DNA of 64,000 nt. It comes from Vicugna vicugna. Lineage: Eukaryota. The notes beneath the pieces were generated by a model. The model was not told the DNA's origin and searched no databases. It saw only the letters and a program-made list of their open reading frames with translations. Below, piece by piece: positions 27,240 through 42,547 of the stretch (position 1 is the first letter of the stretch; each line of letters begins with the position of its first letter). The position numbers were made by a program, and so were the translations under genes. The stretch covers positions 868,001-932,000 of the forward strand of contig MU058636.1 of the NCBI GenBank assembly GCA_013265495.1, written 5' to 3'.

Positions 27240-28400
27240 ACATGAGTAATATCATTGTCATCATTGTTACTACCACGACTTTGTTCCCCTTTATAGCATT
27301 TACGTTCTGTTTGCAAACCGTAATTTCCACTGTTTATACTGAGGTTATGTACTGTAATGGATCTGATGTTCAACGACCACAGCCCTTTGAGCACAGCTTT
27401 CCCATTACTGGCATCTTTATTCTGCCTCATTTTATTTGGTGGAATTTTATCATCAAGTGGTTTTTTCTGAAGTGTTTCTTTCGCCTTTCTTTTCTCCTTA
27501 CTTAACTTGCTCTGGTTCCCCAGCATGGCCTTAGACCCGCTTTTATTTTGCCGGATGATTCCGTCCCCGAGTCTTCCGTACTTCGCTCTGTTCTGCGCTG
27601 GTTTCCGTCCTGGTTTTCCCTTTTGTGAGTTCCCTGGGTGGGGTCTGTTTCCTTCTGTCCTTTATTTCATTCCTTGCTTTGCTACGGCGTATTCTCAAGC
27701 AGCTTTCTTTGGAAGGGCATCTTAGAGGAGATGTTCCAGTTCTCGTAGTTCTGAAAAAGACCTTGGTTATGCTTTGCAGTTTGGCAGGCTTTAGTTCCAG
27801 GTACAACACAGTTCCCGTGGCGATGCTCCCCGCTGTCTCCTAGCGCCATGTCAGCGCGGCCTCATGCCAGTCTTCCCCGTCACTGGTGGGTTACCTGGGA
27901 CTTCTTTCCTTCCTGAAAACAAATAGGATTTCTCATCCTTGTATTTCACAGTGACGTGCTGGCCACTGGACAGGCTCATTCAGTGCGAAGTTTACATCCC
28001 AGGTGTGTGGAAGTTCTCTTGTAAAGTCTGGATTTCCTCCTCTCTGTTTGCTGTTTTTCTCTTCCCTAAACTGAGCATACGTGGATGTTGGATTTCTTAG
28101 ATTGATCCTTTGTTACCACTTTTCTTCTCATGTTTTTCTACCTGTGTCTTTGTTATTTCTAAGAATCCCTTCTTACTCTCTGATTATTAATTTTTCATAA
28201 CATCTTAACATTGTTTTATGAAAAGAGAAGCTTAGATGTCTGTGAGGACAGTGATGAAGGTGTTAACTGTTTGTGATTTGCTGTATTCCTGGAATAATTG
28301 TCTCTTTCTTTGTAGTCACTCTTTATTTCTGTGTCTTGGTCTTCCATGTCATGTGGCAAGTGTTCAGCTGTTTGTTGACTCTTGATGTCTCTTTGCGTTG
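27240..28400 (-). mobile_element. Old L1 fragments, degenerate
   Basis: T-rich antisense L1-like sequence (tctttgcagtttggcagg; acgtggatgttggatttcttagattgatcc). Confidence 0.5.
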
Positions 28401-31400
28401 AAGAATCGGGTTACAGAGTGCTGCCTGGGAACTTTGTACACAGATCAGAGGGCTCCCGGACTGGCAGGCCTTACTTCAGGGGGGCCCAGCAGGGAACTGC
28501 CCTTAACTGGGGAAACTAGATGCCAGTGCGCTCACGTCTTTGCTCTGAGGACATTCAGATTCTTTAAGGGACAGATCCTCCAACTTTTGGCCCAAGCTTT
28601 GTGTACCTGGTAGCCCCAGGGCAGTAAATGAACGGGGTGTGGGAGAGAGGGTCAGAAGTTCAAAATGCAGCCTTTGTGGTTGGTGTTTCCAAGTATAAAA
28701 TCTTCCCAGGACACGCCTCTTCCCACTCAGCAGTAGCAGTGTGGACTGGAGCTTTCTCTGAATTGTTTGCAGAAACGCTTTTACCTGTGTCCCTGCCGGG
28801 CCAGGTCTGCGCATGTCCAGGCTCTTTTCATTCAGGTCTTAGTGCAGATACTACCTCTGCAGAGAACCTCCTTGATCACAGTCTGAAGTAGCCACCCTGC
28901 CTTCCCCATCACACCTGCATCTTACGGTCTGGAGAGCATCATGCAGGATCTAAAATCCCACCAGACAGGTAGGCGGCGCCTGGCTGCTCACCCCTGGAGG
29001 CCGGCGCCTGCGTGCTCCACGGCGAGAACTGGGTTCTCTGCCGAGTGAGTGAACAACTCTTGCCCCTGATGACCTCCTGCTCTTTTTATTGGATCTGTAC
29101 CTTTATTACTTTGCTGCCATTTCAGTGTGTACTCAAGAAGGGGACAGGACAGGTACTTGGGATCATTCCCCCATATTAATCTTGAATCCAGCATGTCTTT
29201 TTTTCACAAAATCTCTCATGTTCACTAATTTTCATACCTGCTTTGAGGTCACATTATATTGTATAGAAAAATAAAGGGAGATTAAGTTAGTTAGATATGG
29301 GACTTTTCTGTACTATCTTTGCAACTTTTCTACAAGTCTGAAATTATTCCAAAATAGAATATTTATTTTTTGAAATGTCAGTTAGAAGGAAAAGTAAATG
29401 TTATTGAAGCTAGTCCTATTTTTGAATGTGTATTACTACCTAAGCACACACTTGGTTATCTCTTCTACAAGTGCATTCTAATATGTACGTGGTTATTTTT
29501 CCACCTAGAAGATGAATATTTAAAAGCAGCATTACCTTTGGTAAGACAGGTTAACAGACAGTACAAGTAAGGAAATAAGGAAACGGACCTAATCTTAGCT
29601 GCTTTTGGCAGAAGACTTGAGACTGAATTGATTTAAACTGAGTAAAAAATACACTGTCACATAGGCTTGTGACTCTGGCTCATCTTGTACTATCTTTTTC
29701 TTAAGACACCTGTGTTTTCTTGTGAGCGTTGAGGTTTGTATGACCTCTCATTCAGCAGCGCACTCTGCAGTCCAGCAGTTTCAGCCCTGGCCGTTTGTCA
29801 CACAGCTGGGCTACCAGCCATTAGGTAGATTCCCTTGTTCAAATGGCTTTCCTCCTCCTCGTCAACATCAAAATTTATTGGATAACGATTAGATAAACTT
29901 TTTAAAACTTAAGAGAAACCAAAGTGAATGCAAAGTTTGTCATCTACCCATAAGGGATCTCTAGTCCAGGTGAGAAAACAGTATGAATATATGCATAGAA
30001 TAATTTTGTCATCATTGAACAACGGAAGTAGCAAACGCTAGCGCTCTGACTTGGAGCCTTGGCTCTGCCGCTCGGGGTGGCTGTGTGTTTAAGGAATGTA
30101 GTCCTTTATGGCTTTGTTTTCTGAAGATGAGAAGTTTAGCCTAAATCATCTCTTAGATCCCCTTCAGTTTTAAAAGTTCTCTGCCCTTAGATAGAAACCA
30201 CTGCCCTCTGGGTGGTGACAGAGGAAGCTAACTTGGGTGCAGGTGAATCTACATCCAATTGCTAGTATGTTCCTAAGCTCATTTTAGTGGCATCTTTTAG
30301 AAGGACTGAATCTGCCAGTTTGGTGGATTCTGTTAAACTGAAGGTACTAAGAAGCAGCAGAAGGGCAAAGGGCACAGTCTGAGCCCACTCTGGCTGGCAT
30401 GTTCCCGCCCTCTGTTACAGCGCTCGTGTGGGGCTGCAAGCAGGATCCGTAACCCAAAGAGAGGATGTCGGCTCGGTACTCCCAGGGACACGGTTGAATT
30501 CAGTCTTGAGCGTTTGAGGGTTTATTTGATTGACTTTGTGGAGAAGGCTGACAGGAGGCTATCAGTCTTTAATTAATTAATTGTGCTAGGGCAGTCTTAA
30601 AAGTTTTACTGAGGTATGGACTTTCATGCTCAGGTGCTTGTCCTCAAGTAACCGAATGCCCCGATGATGTAGTGTTCTATTAAGTGGGAAGTACGCAGTA
30701 AGACAGGAAAAATGAGAGTTTACGCCTTCATTAAGATAGAAGCTTGCTATTAGTGTACTTTCTGAGTAAAACATGATTTAATCAATCTTTTTCCCCCTGC
30801 GCTTGGGTCTCCATAGCCTGCCCACTGCTTTCCGCTCTGCCCGGTTAGCTCAGCAGCTACCTGTAAGCATCACAGGGCTGAGCAGAAGGTGGGATTGTGT
30901 GTCTGTAGTTCAGAAACTCATTCCAGAAGGAGCTGGGCAGGTCGGGGAGCAGGAGGGAACTTTCCCATGAACCTGGCGCAGTCGGGAGAACAGGCGAGAT
31001 AGGGAAGAGGGGCTTGTTTACAGAGATTAAGAAATTTGTCAGAAATAATTGATCAGCTGACTGAAATTCATGATTAATGCTGGGTCAGGATTTTGAAGAA
31101 GGGAAAGGTGGTGAAGTTGGTAGAAGGTGAAAGATAATAGAAAAAATAGGAAGAAAGAGGTTATTTAGGGTAAGGTTAATAAGCAAGTTTCCATAAAGTA
31201 TTTTTTCCTGCTTCCCTGACTTTCTATTTTAAAAGCAATGTAGCTCTAAGGATAGCTGATCTGTTTACTGACCTCTTATCCTCCTTTACGTGTTTTATTT
31301 TCTTCTTTAGAATTTTCACAACCAGAATGGGTTGTCCCAGTGTCTTGGGTGCTGTGAGCAGAGTTTCAGAGATGCAGGCTAACCCCAGGCCCTTCTGTGG

Positions 31401-32783
31401 CCCCGCTTAGTGTGCATGTCTCCCCTTGGATTAAGATCATCAGAGGCCAGCTGCAGGTGGGGCACCCATGTGAAAAGAATAACCCCAAGATAATTAACTT
31501 TCCCATTTACTTTCTGATGCTGAAGAGAAAATAGCTTAGCTTCCATTTCTTGATGAGACTCTTCCATATTGTCTAGACTTGGTTCTCTAATGCGGGAGAA
31601 AAGCATTGGGCAAACATGGTGTCATTTTAAAAATCACTTTAAATAGAGGATTAACTTGTTACTTTAAAATGTCAGTGGGATCATTTTACATTAAATTAAA
31701 AATCTATATTTCAGTTTTAGACTCAAAGAATTCTCGGTTATTTATAAATTTAAATATATATTCAGTTAAATATATACTCAAGTATAAACAAACATTTTTC
31801 TCACTTTCTATTTTGAGTTATCAAAATAGAGTTAGGAATAATCAGCTTTAATAAAATAGTGATTTTGATTTGTCCTTCTGTAGTTATTTTTATCTACCAT
31901 AGGTATTGGTTAGATCAGTTGAAAACCACTTATTGAGCGTCTGCTGTGTGCATACCATTGTTCTTGGTGTAGAGAAGTTAACACCGTCAGTTCAGGGATT
32001 TGTTAAGAGCAGAAATGGTGTACCTGCAGCTTCAAATTCTAAATTGGCATATATATATATATCTTTTCTCTACTAACAATTCCATTAGTAAGAATTTAAT
32101 ATGAATGAAAGTTAGCCTGTATTGTAAAGTGAATGAAAAGGATTTGTTGTATACCAAGGAATTCATTTGCTTGGCTTTTATAAATAATTCTTATGAATTT
32201 ATAACCTCTGTGCCCATTTAAAAGTAGTACTTTGCCCCATATTTTCTTGTCTTTATGTAATACTTAAACTTGCACAGTCTGACACTGCTATAGCACGAAG
32301 ACACGCTGAACGAAAAGCTTTTCCAGCAGAAACGCTGTTTCATTAGCGTGTTTGAGACCAGGCGTTGTCTTTCGCGTGCTAACTAGCACTAGCATGGGAG
32401 GGTACTTACTAGGTAGGCTCTGCAAATTAATGAGTGCATAAACTAGAAAAAATATTTTTTAACCTCAAGAAATGGTGCTGGTTGTTTTTGGCAAGCATTT
32501 CCGGTTTCCAAGGCTATTTGGGTTTCTGTTTGTTTAAGTTTTCATTTAGTTTTGTTTATTTTTGGTTCCTGTGCTCCACGTGCAGCTTTGTATGTGTTTC
32601 ACAGACAAGGTAATGTTTGAGGCACTTAAACTTGCCAGAAATTTTAGGTAATAAATTTGATTTAAACTTAGAATGAAGCCACTGGGCGGGATGGAGGTAT
32701 AACAATGAAAAACTGGGGTGGGTGGGGTGGGAATATGTATTTACAAACAATATTCCTTGGTATTTGTAATTGCTTAGGAATGA

Positions 32784-33128
<345 letters not shown>

Positions 33129-33989
33129 TAAATCGCTGTTGTTTGAACTTAGATATCTTCATTGGAAAGTGTGTATTTTAGCTGTTGAAAGCTACTCTTA
33201 CTCATTTCTTCATATTTATGACTTGCATTAAACAAAGATCCGTAGAAATAGCAAAATTTGTAGATTTCACATATTAGTGTAAAATATTTATAGGTTTCTT
33301 GAATTTGAGGAGTGTATTTTTGCTTTATTTTGGTTTTTTGTTTTGTTTAACATTTGAAGTGATAAAATATTTGCAATACGTGTGTTTAAAAGGTGCCTTT
33401 AGTTCTTACCATTGGAAACTAAATAAAACTCAGTGGTGTGTATTTTTGTCTGGCGGCACAGGCAATAATGCCGTTACTTGGTATTTGAATACAAATTTGA
33501 ACACTGTTTCTGTTTAGAGCCCTGTGCAGAATCACACTGTATTGAGTAATAGCGTCTTCTGCTCTGTGATCATTGTCGGGAAGAACAGCCAGGATGTGGG
33601 GAAGGCCTGGCATTCACAGCAGCCGCGCCTGCCCTGGTCGGCAGCAGGGGCCGGTTCCTGGGGTGTCTCATCACAGGCATTCAGCCCCAGCTGTATCCCG
33701 GCCCCTCATTATACCGCAGGGCCACGGTTCAGCACAAACTCTGCCCAGAGGCCCCAAGTGGTGAAAATTTGGTTAAAACGCCTCCTAATTTTGGCCAGGC
33801 AAGCACTTATTAATAGTTGTTTCTTTTTAGGAATTTTTCTCGGTCAGTAACTCAGAACTAATAGAGAAATATCTAACAGTTCTAATTCCACCTTCCCTTG
33901 TAAGGATGTTAACGATCAGTAAATGCGGAGTCATTCCCTTTCTCCAAAATTGACCAACATTTCTGCAAAGACTGCTTTGTCATGATGGG

Positions 33990-34640
33990 AATTTCATTTA
34001 TTCCTCTAATGTTTATCGAGCACCTGCCATGTTTTAGGCACTGAGTTAACTATAAAATACTGTCGGTATAGCAGACATGATTCTTGCCCTCTTGGAGTTG
34101 ACATTGTTCTGCTCCAGAGTAGACTGTTGGGAGAACAGGAGTAGTTTGAGTGGATGGAGACGCATGGCCTCTTCTTCCCACTTCTGAACGCACTCACCAT
34201 TTCAGAGGCCCCAGGGGAAGGAGTAGGAGGAGGTGGGGTGGCCTCTGTGGGAGATGGTTCTTGGTGTGTGGTTCCACCGTTGGGGGGCGCTTAGCTTGTA
34301 AGGAACCCGAGAGGCAGGCAGCAGAATTTGAACTTGATATGCAGAGTGAGAGCTTCGGTTAAGTTCTTGAGAACCAGTGACGTGGCTTACGTTGTACTTC
34401 AGAAAGGTTAGTATGGCAACAGTGTGTAAAAATCAGTTTAAAAGAGGTAACAGTACTGGAGTGGTACTCCGGGGGGAAAGTGATTTGGCTGGAGAAGAAA
34501 GGATCAATGTACAGCTTTTTACAGAAAGCGTGTAATTGAGGGACGAATAAAAGATTATCTCAAGATTTCTAGCTTGAGAAATTGACAGAAATCGTGGAAT
34601 TGGAACAAGGAAGTAGTTAAGGAGAAGTTCCATTTAGGAG
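33990..34640 (-). mobile_element. L2 fragment
   Basis: ttcatttt...atgtttatcgagcacctgccatgttttaggcactg is the L2 3' end in reverse; degenerate body follows. Confidence 0.65.
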
Positions 34641-35461
34641 TTTAAAGTATGTGTTTGGTTTTCTTTACAATACGTGTTCTCTTTGGAGGGTAGGTAGCAA
34701 GTGTTTTATGAATAAATTGAAAGAAAGGCAAAGCCCTGAAGCTCACGTAGAAGCAGAGGCGCTGTGCGCCACCTGGAAGAGTGCGGGGCACTGACAGCGT
34801 CTGAGTCCTCTGAGGTGACCGCGGGCCTCTGACATCGCCCAGGTTGTCGGGCAACGCTGGTGCCAGCAAGCCCGACTGCATGTTCCCCACCTGACGTACC
34901 CAGTAGCTGGGGTTGTCTGTGTCAGTGTTACTGCAACGAGCCACGGCCCCTGCTGACTTACTGCTGTGCTGGTCAGAGCCGACTCTGGCCTGCTTCAGAC
35001 AGCTGTCACTGCTCACTCTGGTCCCCGCCGAGAGCTGCGTCTTCAGTAAGGTGAACGTGAGGAGGGGCCGTGCAAAAAGAGGCACATCTTAAAGCTGCTG
35101 AGGGGGGAAATGTTAAATTTATGGTTGAAGAGATTGGTTGCTGAAATTTGGTGGGGAAAAAGTGGTTTTACAGGTAGAACTAGAACTATTTAATAAAAGC
35201 CGTATTTATTTATAATTTGTCCCCCCCTTGTTACAGAAATTGAGATAACTTCTGGTAAAACACATGGGAAGTAGGCATTAGAAAAATAAAGTTAAAAAGA
35301 GAGAGCTCTAATTCAATACAAGGTGTGGGGAGTTGCGTTTATAGGCTTAAGGTATTTGCTGTAGCTGACCATTTATTTCAAGTCTGCGCTTTCATGGAAG
35401 TTAAAAGTATAGGACAGGTAATGAAAAGTGAAGCGACCTTTATTAAAATTCTTGAGAATAG

Positions 35462-35572
<111 letters not shown>

Positions 35573-36380
35573 TAAGTTGGAACAAAAACGGGCCCTTTGT
35601 TGATTTTTGCTTTTCTAGAATACTCAGTCTAAGACTGAATACTACTCAGTGTAATAGAATACTCAGCATAAGCTTATTCTATTAAATAAGCTTGCTTATT
35701 TACTCTGATAAATCTTTTCACATTATGATAGTCTTCATTTCTTAAGAGATTTAAATGGTGATATAAAGAAGGTGAATATCTAGTATTAGCAGCTGACTTG
35801 GCTGTGAGGGGAAAAGTCAGTTCATTTCCTCCATTGTTTATTACCTTCTGGAAGCTGTGCATCAGAGGAAAGGGTCACAGCTGAGAAGCAAGGGGCTGAA
35901 GTGAACGGACGGTGCTGGCGGCCGCCTGCCCCCACCCAGGTCGTGTTGTAAATTTAAGCAAGTCTTAATGGAGAACAAGGACTATTTCATTCACTTTCAA
36001 TGCGAGATCAGGGGATTGGGAGAGGGAGTTTATAGACTTGTAGTCCTATGGCAAATTTATTTTAAATTTTTATCTATTTTAAACTTACTAGTAAGGCTGA
36101 GTTAAACTCTGGACCCATATGTTATGGAAGATAATTGTTGAGATTGCATTTGTGGAAACAGAGCTAAACAGTGTATACAATTTTTATTCATGAAATTATC
36201 TTGCACTTAATCAGTGGCATCCATTCAACAGTGACTCATGTGAACATTGAATGAAATATGAAATTGATTTAATACCATTTTCAGTATATATTCTGTATCA
36301 GTTATGATTAAAATAATTCTGTTTGGAAAAACTTCAGCCAATGTAAAATTAACCTCAAATCTAATAGAGATATTTCATAG

Positions 36381-36482
<102 letters not shown>

Positions 36483-37630
36483 TAGTACTAATGAAATGCA
36501 TTTTTTCCCCTGTTAAGCCCAACCTGAGGCTTTTTTGCGGCAGTTTATATGGTTGCTCAGCACTCTTAGCGTTCTCTAATAGTAAATACAGAAGTCTTGT
36601 TGGTGCTACTAGTAAAGATACCAAAACACTTGTTTTTCCAAACCCATAATGCCATAATGTGGTTTGACAGACTTAATGTGTGGTTACATCAGGTTTTCTA
36701 AGATAGTCATCAAAATCATTTTTAAAATTCCATTTATTGGCTTTCATCATTTAAAAATTTCAAAGAAGAATTAAGATGAAAACAATCCCACCATTCAGGA
36801 CTAATTTTTACAAATTATTTTGTATTTCAACTCTTTGAAAGATTGTTTGTAAAATTTTAACTCCCAGCATACCTCTTACACACCTGTCTGTGAGGGGTCC
36901 TTCAGGGAGAGCATGCATTGTTTGCTTTTCCTGGAGGAGTCTGAGAGATGCAGTATGTAAGTAATGTATAGTGGAAAAATGACTTGACAAAAGTAATATA
37001 AAGGGGGAATTTGGGGAAGCAGTTTGTGTTTTGCTTGGCTTAAAATTCGTTTAATCCCTTATTCCCAGTATTTTTAAATGAGTTCATTAAATGGGAATTC
37101 TTTTTACTTCGAAAGGATTGAATGTTCCTTTATTACAGTACCAGGCTACTTGGCAGATGTTTCTTCTATTTCTGCTTTTTTCTTCTTCTAACTCTTCTGC
37201 TTCTACATCTTCTGCTAATTTTTTTTGTCATGTCATGTATCGTGTATTTTGTATTTAATCAGCATTTTTAAAAGCAGTGCTTAATTTATCATATTACTAC
37301 ACAATGTATTATTATTCAAATCATGGCTTCTTATAGTTAAAATAGTACCCAAATTGGAAGGTAAGTTAGAGCCTTCAAAGTTACAGCCTTATTTATTCTA
37401 ACAAAATAATGATACTAATGGTAGACCAGAAGTCACAATGTAGGGGAATTCTCTTACTCCCCGCCAGTTCACGGCTCCTCAGTGCAGTCTGGGGAGACCC
37501 CCAACCCCACAGCCGCTGACTCCCAGATGGTCTGCCTTGGCAACTCGCTTGTTTTAACAAAGATGACCTGTCTTGGGTGGTCCCGGCTGATAGCTCTGAT
37601 ATAATCCCATTAAAACTGTTGAGTATTTTA

Positions 37631-37788
37631 TTTTATTATCTGTATTATTTTATTTTATTTATTTTTTGGAGGGGTGACTAGGTTTATTTATCTGTTTTTT
37701 AATGGAGGTACTGGGGATGGAACCCAGGACCCCGTGCATGCTAAGCATGTGCTCTACCACTGAGCTCTACTCTCCACCCCCTGCCCCA
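37631..37788 (-). mobile_element. Vic-1-like SINE with 12-bp TSD
   Basis: Full tRNA-like head on the minus strand; TSD ttgagtatttta at 37619-37630 and 37789-37800. Confidence 0.92.
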
Positions 37789-37974
37789 TTGAGTATTTTA
37801 AGTAGCAAATCCAAGCTTTTCCTTTCAATCTCAAAATTAAATTGTGCTTCCACTGAAACAGCAGATCATTACAGTTAGTCTCTGAATCCCAGCATTTTGT
37901 CTGCACGTCTGAGTATTTCTTGTCCTGGTCTCCGGTTGTGTCATCTCCTGTTGACTCCCGTGTCTGCTTATCCC

Positions 37975-38150
37975 TTCGTTTTCAAAGTGTGGTCCCAGTG
38001 CAGCAGCACCAGAGTCACCTGGCCGCTGTTGGAGGTGCAGGTGCCGGTGCTCCTGCCCAGGTTTTCTGGGCCGGAGCTGTGCAGTCATTAGGAAGCTCTC
38101 CAGGTCGAGGGGTGGGTCGGATGTCCTCGGGAGTCTGAAAAACATTGCGT
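37975..38150. mobile_element. MER5A-like hAT-Charlie element
   Basis: ttttcaaagtgtggtcc...cagcagcaccagagtcacctgg...aagctctccagg...gtctgaaaaacattg. Confidence 0.7.
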
Positions 38151-38259
38151 TAGAGCAGAGATTATACACTAAGTGTCCACTATTTAGAGAATCTCTTAAA
38201 TCACATGTTGAAGTCAAATACTCTAGTTCATAGAGCCCTCAGTAAATTATGGAGCAGTA

Positions 38260-38510
38260 GTAGTAATAACAATGGCTAAGACATACATGGTGCTGTCTTC
38301 CCTCCCAGCCCCAGTGTAACTGCTTTCCATGTATTAACTCATTTAATTCTGAAAACAAGCTTATGAGAACAAGTGCTGTTTTTAATCCCCATTTGACAGA
38401 TGGGGTTACAAGTGGTTAAGTAACTTGTTCAGAGTCACTCAACTAATAAATGCAAGTCAGGATTTGAAGCCAAGTAGTCCCCTTCCAGAGTCTCCATTGG
38501 TAACCACACC
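38260..38510 (-). mobile_element. MIR SINE
   Basis: attaactcatttaattct...ccccatttgacagatg...ggttaagtaacttgttcagagtcac. Confidence 0.8.
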
Positions 38511-38589
38511 TCTGTGCTTTACAAATTCCAGGTCAGTCACCGTGTTTCTCAGCCTAGCACCGCACTGTCAGGGGACCTTCATCTGATGA

Positions 38590-38725
38590 TCTGTGCGGTC
38601 CAGCAGGGTAGCCCCCAGCCACATGTGACTTTTGAGCTCTAGAAATGTACCTGATACGACTAAGAGACTGAATTTTTAAATTTAATTTGGCTTTGAATCT
38701 AAATAGACACATGTGGCTACTGTAT
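38590..38725. mobile_element. MER3/MER33-like hAT-Charlie element
   Basis: gtagcccccagccacatgtg ... cacatgtggctac internal inverted motif; gactgaatttttaaattt. Confidence 0.65.
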
Positions 38726-39050
38726 TATTTGTGTTACGATTTTCCCCTTAGTAGAAAAATAATAGAAAATATAAGAATTTTAGCCCTGTACTAAACTGGA
38801 TATAGCAATTTAGATAATGCAGGGAAAGATCACTGGGTTAGAGTAAGAAGATGTTAAGTTTAGTTACTTCTTACAGGAGAACCAAGTGAGATCATGAATC
38901 TTTGACTGAAATGTGAGTTACCACGACTACATTAAATTTAACAGGGAGTTTTTGGGTTAATTTGGAGGAATAAGCACCCTCCAAATTGTGGTGTTATTAA
39001 TCAAAAAACATACGGCTCCCACAGGTGTGCCGGAGGGTCTAGCTGTGTGA

Positions 39051-39185
<135 letters not shown>

Positions 39186-39741
39186 TAAGTGGTCAGTTTG
39201 TTGCCTCACAGAAGTTCGAGGGGCGCGCTTTCTTTTAGTTGTCAGCTCCGGGGAAATCCTTGTGAGCAGCAGCAGCTGAGCTCTGACGACGGAAGTGTCG
39301 GCAGGGTCACGGCTGGGGAGGCTCCCGTCCACTCCTCCATGCCCTTGGTCACGTCGCCCCCGGCAGGCTGGCTGCGCACGCTGTCGCCCCCTCACTGCTC
39401 ACAGCTCCAGCTTCACGTCCCATCTCTAACCCCAGTCCCCAGTCCCTTTGTGCTCCCCGTACTCTCATTTTAAATGTAGTGTGGAGAGTGAAAAAGTATG
39501 TTTGAATAGTGACATTCCAGCTGGAGTCTGCACTTGGCTGTGGTGATAAAGGAGTAGTCGCAGAATCAGAGGAGGATGTTGAGCCCAATTAGATGACGAC
39601 TGATTCTTTCCATACACCGCAAGGCACTCCTGTGTCCTGCCGCGGTGTCACTGGTCAGGGAGGAGACTCAGTGTGTCACAGGTGCGTGAAAGGTGCTTAT
39701 GTCACAAACAGGGAGACAGAGAGTCCACCTTAAAAGATTAA

Positions 39742-40259
<518 letters not shown>

Positions 40260-40329
40260 TAAGAAGACACTGACCTTGCTGTGCCCAGGACCCACGGTGA
40301 CACGAAGAGCTACTGGCACGAGGGTACTG

Positions 40330-40520
40330 ACGGTGCGGGAGGGGCTCTGCCGAGCGCGGTGACGCGTTTGATCATTAGCTGTGTGACCTGGGACGGGTAA
40401 CGTGCACGTCCCGGCTTTAGTTTCTCTGTGACGTGAGACGCGAGGCCTAACCCGCAGCCACCATAGGGGCGGAGTGGACCTGATGGACCTTAGCCCCAGC
40501 TTACAGCAGGTGCTCAGGAA
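40330..40520 (+). mobile_element. MIR fragment, CpG-enriched
   Basis: tagctgtgtgacctgggacggg...tttagtttctctgtgacgtg...ccatagg follows the MIR core order. Confidence 0.5.
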
Positions 40521-42325
40521 GCAGTGTCTTGGGTTTGAAACAGCAGCGGACCGCTGTGATGGCTTCCAAACCCCAGCCCAGCCACCGGCTCCCAGGCAGC
40601 CTGGGGCCAGTGGTTCAGATGTGCTCAGTCTCCTCACTTGCAGATTTCGGATCATGGTAAGCGCGAGGCTGAGGTCAGGAGCAGACGAGAGGATGCAGGC
40701 AGAGGATGGTGGCTAGCTGGCTGACAGGCCCTTGGCAGGCTGCTCATTCCTGTTACGATGCCATCGTTAAAATTCTCAGCAGCGATCCCAGCACAGGGGG
40801 CACTTCTCAGGTGCTGGGCGCTGGTGACGGCTGTGATTGTAGTAGGAGCTTGACAGGTGCTTCCTGTGCACAGCCGAGTATGACACAGGCGGGGCTTCCT
40901 CCAGACATTATGTTAACTGTGAGGTGTCACCGTTGTCATTTCAGAAACCAGGCTCGTGGAGGTGAGACACCTTCCCTGTGTTCACCCAGCGAGTGGGCCA
41001 TGGGCCCAGGACGCAGACTCTGATCCACCACAGAGGCTGCTCTGTCGCCATTTGTGGGTCCCCTCACGGGACGTTGTCAGTTCCTTTGCAGGCAGACCCA
41101 GTTTGAAAATTATATGCCACCTCCCCGCTTATTTAATCCTACTCCAATTAATCTGGCTGTCAGTGTGGGAAGCACACTGCAGACTTGACCAGTTAGAGTT
41201 ACTGACCTACTAAAAGAGAAACAGAGATCCTGTTAAACTGATAAGGCTCTCAGCCTGCTGCCACACTCAGGAATTAGGTCCTAACCCTGTTGTGGTTACA
41301 GGGGCCCAGCCCACCAGGCGCTGGACATCATTGTCTGAGCAGTAACTGTCTCCCAGTGAGCTGAACAAGCAGGGGACGCCAGGTCAGGCACCGTGGGGCT
41401 TGGCGTTTGCTCCAGGACCTTCCCTTTCCGTCCGAAGGGGGGGGAGGAGCACACCCCTCCGGCCCCGCGTGTGTCTGCCCGCCCGGGCGATGCGTCCTGA
41501 GAGTGCCGCGGGGCGGGGCTCTGACCTTGGCCGCCGGATCCGAGGAGATGGCGCTGTGCCCTTTGTGGAAGTCATTGTGCTTGGTTTCTGTTAGTGAGTT
41601 CAAAAATCGTCTTTCTGACTAGAATTTCACGTGTCCACTCTTTTTAGGATGTTACTTTTGCTAGAGTTGGCTGAGTTTTGAAGTATATGGTTTATTAAAT
41701 ATGTTTTGAAAGAGGAAAGGTAATAAATTATGGTTAATCTCTTGTAGTGTTTGTCTTGGGAACCAACAGTGGTGCAGGAATGAGGACAAGGCTGTAACAG
41801 ACCGAGACTGGAGGACCTAAACTCCGCCCACTGTGCCGTTCTTAGAACTGAGAATGTCCCTCTTGCTGCATTTCAGTAATTGTAACTTTACCTTCATACA
41901 TCACTTGCAGCAGAAAATAAGATTCATTAGTGTGAACAGCATAAAGATATCTAATGCCGAAGAAGGTGATTCTCTGGTACCCTTTCTTGTCTTACTCATC
42001 TTTATTCTTAGTCATGTGTATGTTGGGGAGTTTTCTGTTGAAGAAACAAGTGTGTAAATTAGCTTTTATATCATTAAGTTCCACTGTAAGCTTCCCAAAT
42101 GAGTTATTATTTATCGAGTAGATACAAAACAGCATAAAAGGGGTTCCTGCTACAGAAAAAAAATGAACTGCTCAGCACAGTAGACTCAGCTCAGTAGTAC
42201 TCACTAGCAATACTTCTGACCTTCACAAAGAGAAGCTGGAGTTAAAAGATTTGGGGATTTTGTCACTTTAATTCTAAAGCCAGTACACAGCCCAAGACTT
42301 TTAGGTTCTCACTGCCTTAAGATAA

Positions 42326-42547
<222 letters not shown>

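Noticed and set aside
35616..35668. Short repeats of tagaatactcag/tactcag after exon 8
   Set aside because: Two or three irregular copies, consistent with local slippage; no array structure.
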